Shown here piece after piece: positions 3,931 to 5,799 of a stretch of 5,799 bases of DNA; position 1 is the stretch's first letter; each line of letters opens with the position of its first letter. The DNA comes from Candidatus Micrarchaeota archaeon (lineage in GTDB: Archaea > B1Sed10-29), in the NCBI GenBank assembly GCA_964388265.1, contig CAYLXZ010000035.1, positions 1-5,799 on the forward strand, read 5' to 3'. The position numbers and the translations under genes were made by a program. Under the pieces are notes generated by a model. It ran no database searches and was not told the origin of the DNA. It saw nothing but the letters and a program-made list of their open reading frames with translations.

Positions 3931-5799
3931 CTACTCTATATCTGTCCCTGGTTTCATGTCTTTATCTGGGTTCAGTAAACTTACTTTATCTCCGTCTACT
4001 GCGGCTAGTACCATTGCTTCTGACTTGATTCCCATTATTTCAGCTGGCTCTAGATTGGTTGCTACCGCTACTTTCTTTCCTTTTAATTCATCCGCATCGT
4101 AGTGGTCTTTTAATCCCGCTACTGTGGTTCTTTCTTCTCTACATATATCTATGTTCATCTTATATAAATTATCAGCGTCTTCTACTTCTTCAACTTCTTT
4201 TATGTGACCTATCTCTAGGTCTAGTTCTTTGAATTGATCGAACGGTATTTTACTCATTTTTTCATCCTCCTTTTCTTGTTCTGAGTCTTTGAATTCTTCT
4301 TCGTGTTTCTTTGCTTCTTCTTTGGATATCTTCTTGAACAGTGGCTTGAAGTCGTTTATCTCGTGTCCTGGTTCAAGTTTAATATTGCAGTCCTTTAATC
4401 TCTTTGGGTTCACGTCTAGGAAATCTTTTATCTTATCCGCGCTTTCAGGTATAAATGGCTCGAGCAGGATAGATAGTGCCTTCACGGCTTGTAGTGATGT
4501 GTATATTACTTCTTCTTGTCTTTCTTCGTTTTTCCATGGTTCTTCATCTGTTATGTATTTGTTGGTGTCTCTAGCTAAATCTGTGATTGAGTTTAGGGCT
4601 TTGCTGAAGCTTGTTTCATGTATGTGTTCTCTGGATTTCTCTATTGTTTCATCGATTCTTTCCAGTATCTCTTGGTCTTTTTCCGTTAGCTCTGGATCTG
4701 GTATTTCTCCGTCGAAGTATTTTTCAGTTAATGTAAGTGTTCTGTGAACTAGGTTTCCTATCACGTCGTTCAGATCATGGTTCACTATCTTTCTGAATTC
4801 GTCCCAACTGAATTCTCTGTCTCGGTCCTTTGGATTCATCTTCATTAAGATGTATCTCCAGTAGTCTCCGGGGTAGAGGTCGAGCGCGTCATCTAGGAAC
4901 ACTCCTCTTCCTCTTGATTTGCTGAATGCTCCTCCTTCGTAGGTTAGGAACTGTGTGGCGGTTATTTTATCTGGCTCTATGTAGCCGTCTTTTGTTCCTT
5001 TGAGTATTGCTGGGAAGTACACTGAGTGGAATGGAACATTGTCTTTTCCCATGAACTGTGTTAGTTTTGTGTCTTCGTCTTTCCACCATTCTTCTACGTC
5101 TATTTCTTCTGAGAAGCTTATGTATCCTATTGGAGCATCGAACCATACGTAGAAAACTTGTTCTGGGTGGTCTGGGATGTTTATTCCCCAGTCCATGTTT
5201 CTTGATATATCTTTATCTCTTAATCCTTCTTTTAATAGATTCTCCGTTAGGTTAACAGTGGTTTTTGACCATTGGTCTCTTTTTCTACCCAGTAGGTCTC
5301 TTATCTCGTTTTCCAGGGCGGATAGCTTGAAGAATACGTGTTCGCTTTCTCTTTTCTCGGGTCTTGATCCACATGTGACGCATTGGTAGTTTATCAGTTC
5401 GCTTGGAGAGTCGAACATAGTTCCGCATTCATCGCATTGATCTCCCTTCGCGTCCTCGGCTCCACATTCTGGGCATTCTCCTTCCACGAATCTATCCGGA
5501 AGAGATTTCTCGCATTGTGTACAGTAAAGTATCTGTATGTCTTTCTTGTAGATGTAGTCGTTCTCTTTGAGTTTTTCGTATATCTCTATTGTTTTCTCGG
5601 CGTGGTTTTGTTTGGTTGTCTTTGAATATACATCGAAATCTAGGTTAAGCCCGTTGAAGAGCTCTTTGAGTTCTTCATGGCATTTTTCACTCCATTCCTC
5701 TGGAGGTTCACCGTGTTCCTGAGCTGATATAGTTATGGGTGTGCCGTTGTTGTCGGTTCCGCAGATGTATCTGCATTCTTCTCCATCGAGCTTCAGAAA
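3931..5799 (-). CDS. metG: Methionine--tRNA ligase with C-terminal tRNA-binding (Trbp111-like OB) domain; 5' end outside the window
   Basis: The frame is open from 5799 (FLKLDGEECRYICGTDNNGTPI...). Four CxxC motifs (CTQC, CPEC, CDEC, CVTC), DISRNMDWGI, YVWFDAPIGY, GKDNVPFH, KMSKS-like AFSKS, DVIGNLVHR, and C-terminal NLEPAEIMGIKSEAMVLAA. The ORF-track start at 5487 is an internal GTG. Confidence 0.98.
   Translation of the reverse strand, partial: FLKLDGEECRYICGTDNNGTPITISAQEHGEPPEEWSEKCHEELKELFNGLNLDFDVYSKTTKQNHAEKTIEIYEKLKENDYIYKKDIQILYCTQCEKSLPDRFVEGECPECGAEDAKGDQCDECGTMFDSPSELINYQCVTCGSRPEKRESEHVFFKLSALENEIRDLLGRKRDQWSKTTVNLTENLLKEGLRDKDISRNMDWGINIPDHPEQVFYVWFDAPIGYISFSEEIDVEEWWKDEDTKLTQFMGKDNVPFHSVYFPAILKGTKDGYIEPDKITATQFLTYEGGAFSKSRGRGVFLDDALDLYPGDYWRYILMKMNPKDRDREFSWDEFRKIVNHDLNDVIGNLVHRTLTLTEKYFDGEIPDPELTEKDQEILERIDETIEKSREHIHETSFSKALNSITDLARDTNKYITDEEPWKNEERQEEVIYTSLQAVKALSILLEPFIPESADKIKDFLDVNPKRLKDCNIKLEPGHEINDFKPLFKKISKEEAKKHEEEFKDSEQEKEDEKMSKIPFDQFKELDLEIGHIKEVEEVEDADNLYKMNIDICREERTTVAGLKDHYDADELKGKKVAVATNLEPAEIMGIKSEAMVLAAVDGDKVSLLNPDKDMKPGTDIE

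Noticed and set aside
5485..5487. metG start at 5487
   Set aside because: Internal GTG. The frame continues with MetRS motifs to the window edge.
4289..5625. Plus-strand ORFs 4289-4747, 5058-5255, 5177-5389 and 5383-5625
   Set aside because: Antisense to metG with no recognisable motifs.
1..5799. CRISPR array or IS element
   Set aside because: No regularly spaced direct repeats, transposase or terminal inverted repeats with target duplication seen.

Overview
Archaeal genomic DNA, judged from BRE/TATA promoters, GGTGA-type RBSs, BHB tRNA introns, a box C/D sRNA and K/E-rich proteins; a DPANN-like origin is possible but unproven. From right to left the window holds metG (5'-truncated, minus), a small tail-anchored protein (minus), a secreted Ig-like COG1470-type surface protein (plus) divergent from a TrmB regulator (minus), and a dense RNA cluster missed by the ORF track. 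That cluster contains a box C/D sRNA whose two guides match the 23S rRNA A-loop and P-loop, tRNA-Arg(CCT), and tRNA-Trp(CCA) interrupted by two introns: a 61-nt box C/D-guide intron at 37/38 and a 27-nt BHB intron at 53/54. At the left end an unlisted ORF (795 to <1) starts as an Lrp/AsnC regulator and continues in frame, with a sharp codon-usage change near 420, into an internal fragment of bacterial-type RecB. This is either an assembly chimera or a real HGT fusion. Its upstream region carries a strong hairpin and three copies of its own RBS/start-codon motif. All calls were made by eye; rRNA targets rely on recalled conserved rRNA sequence.
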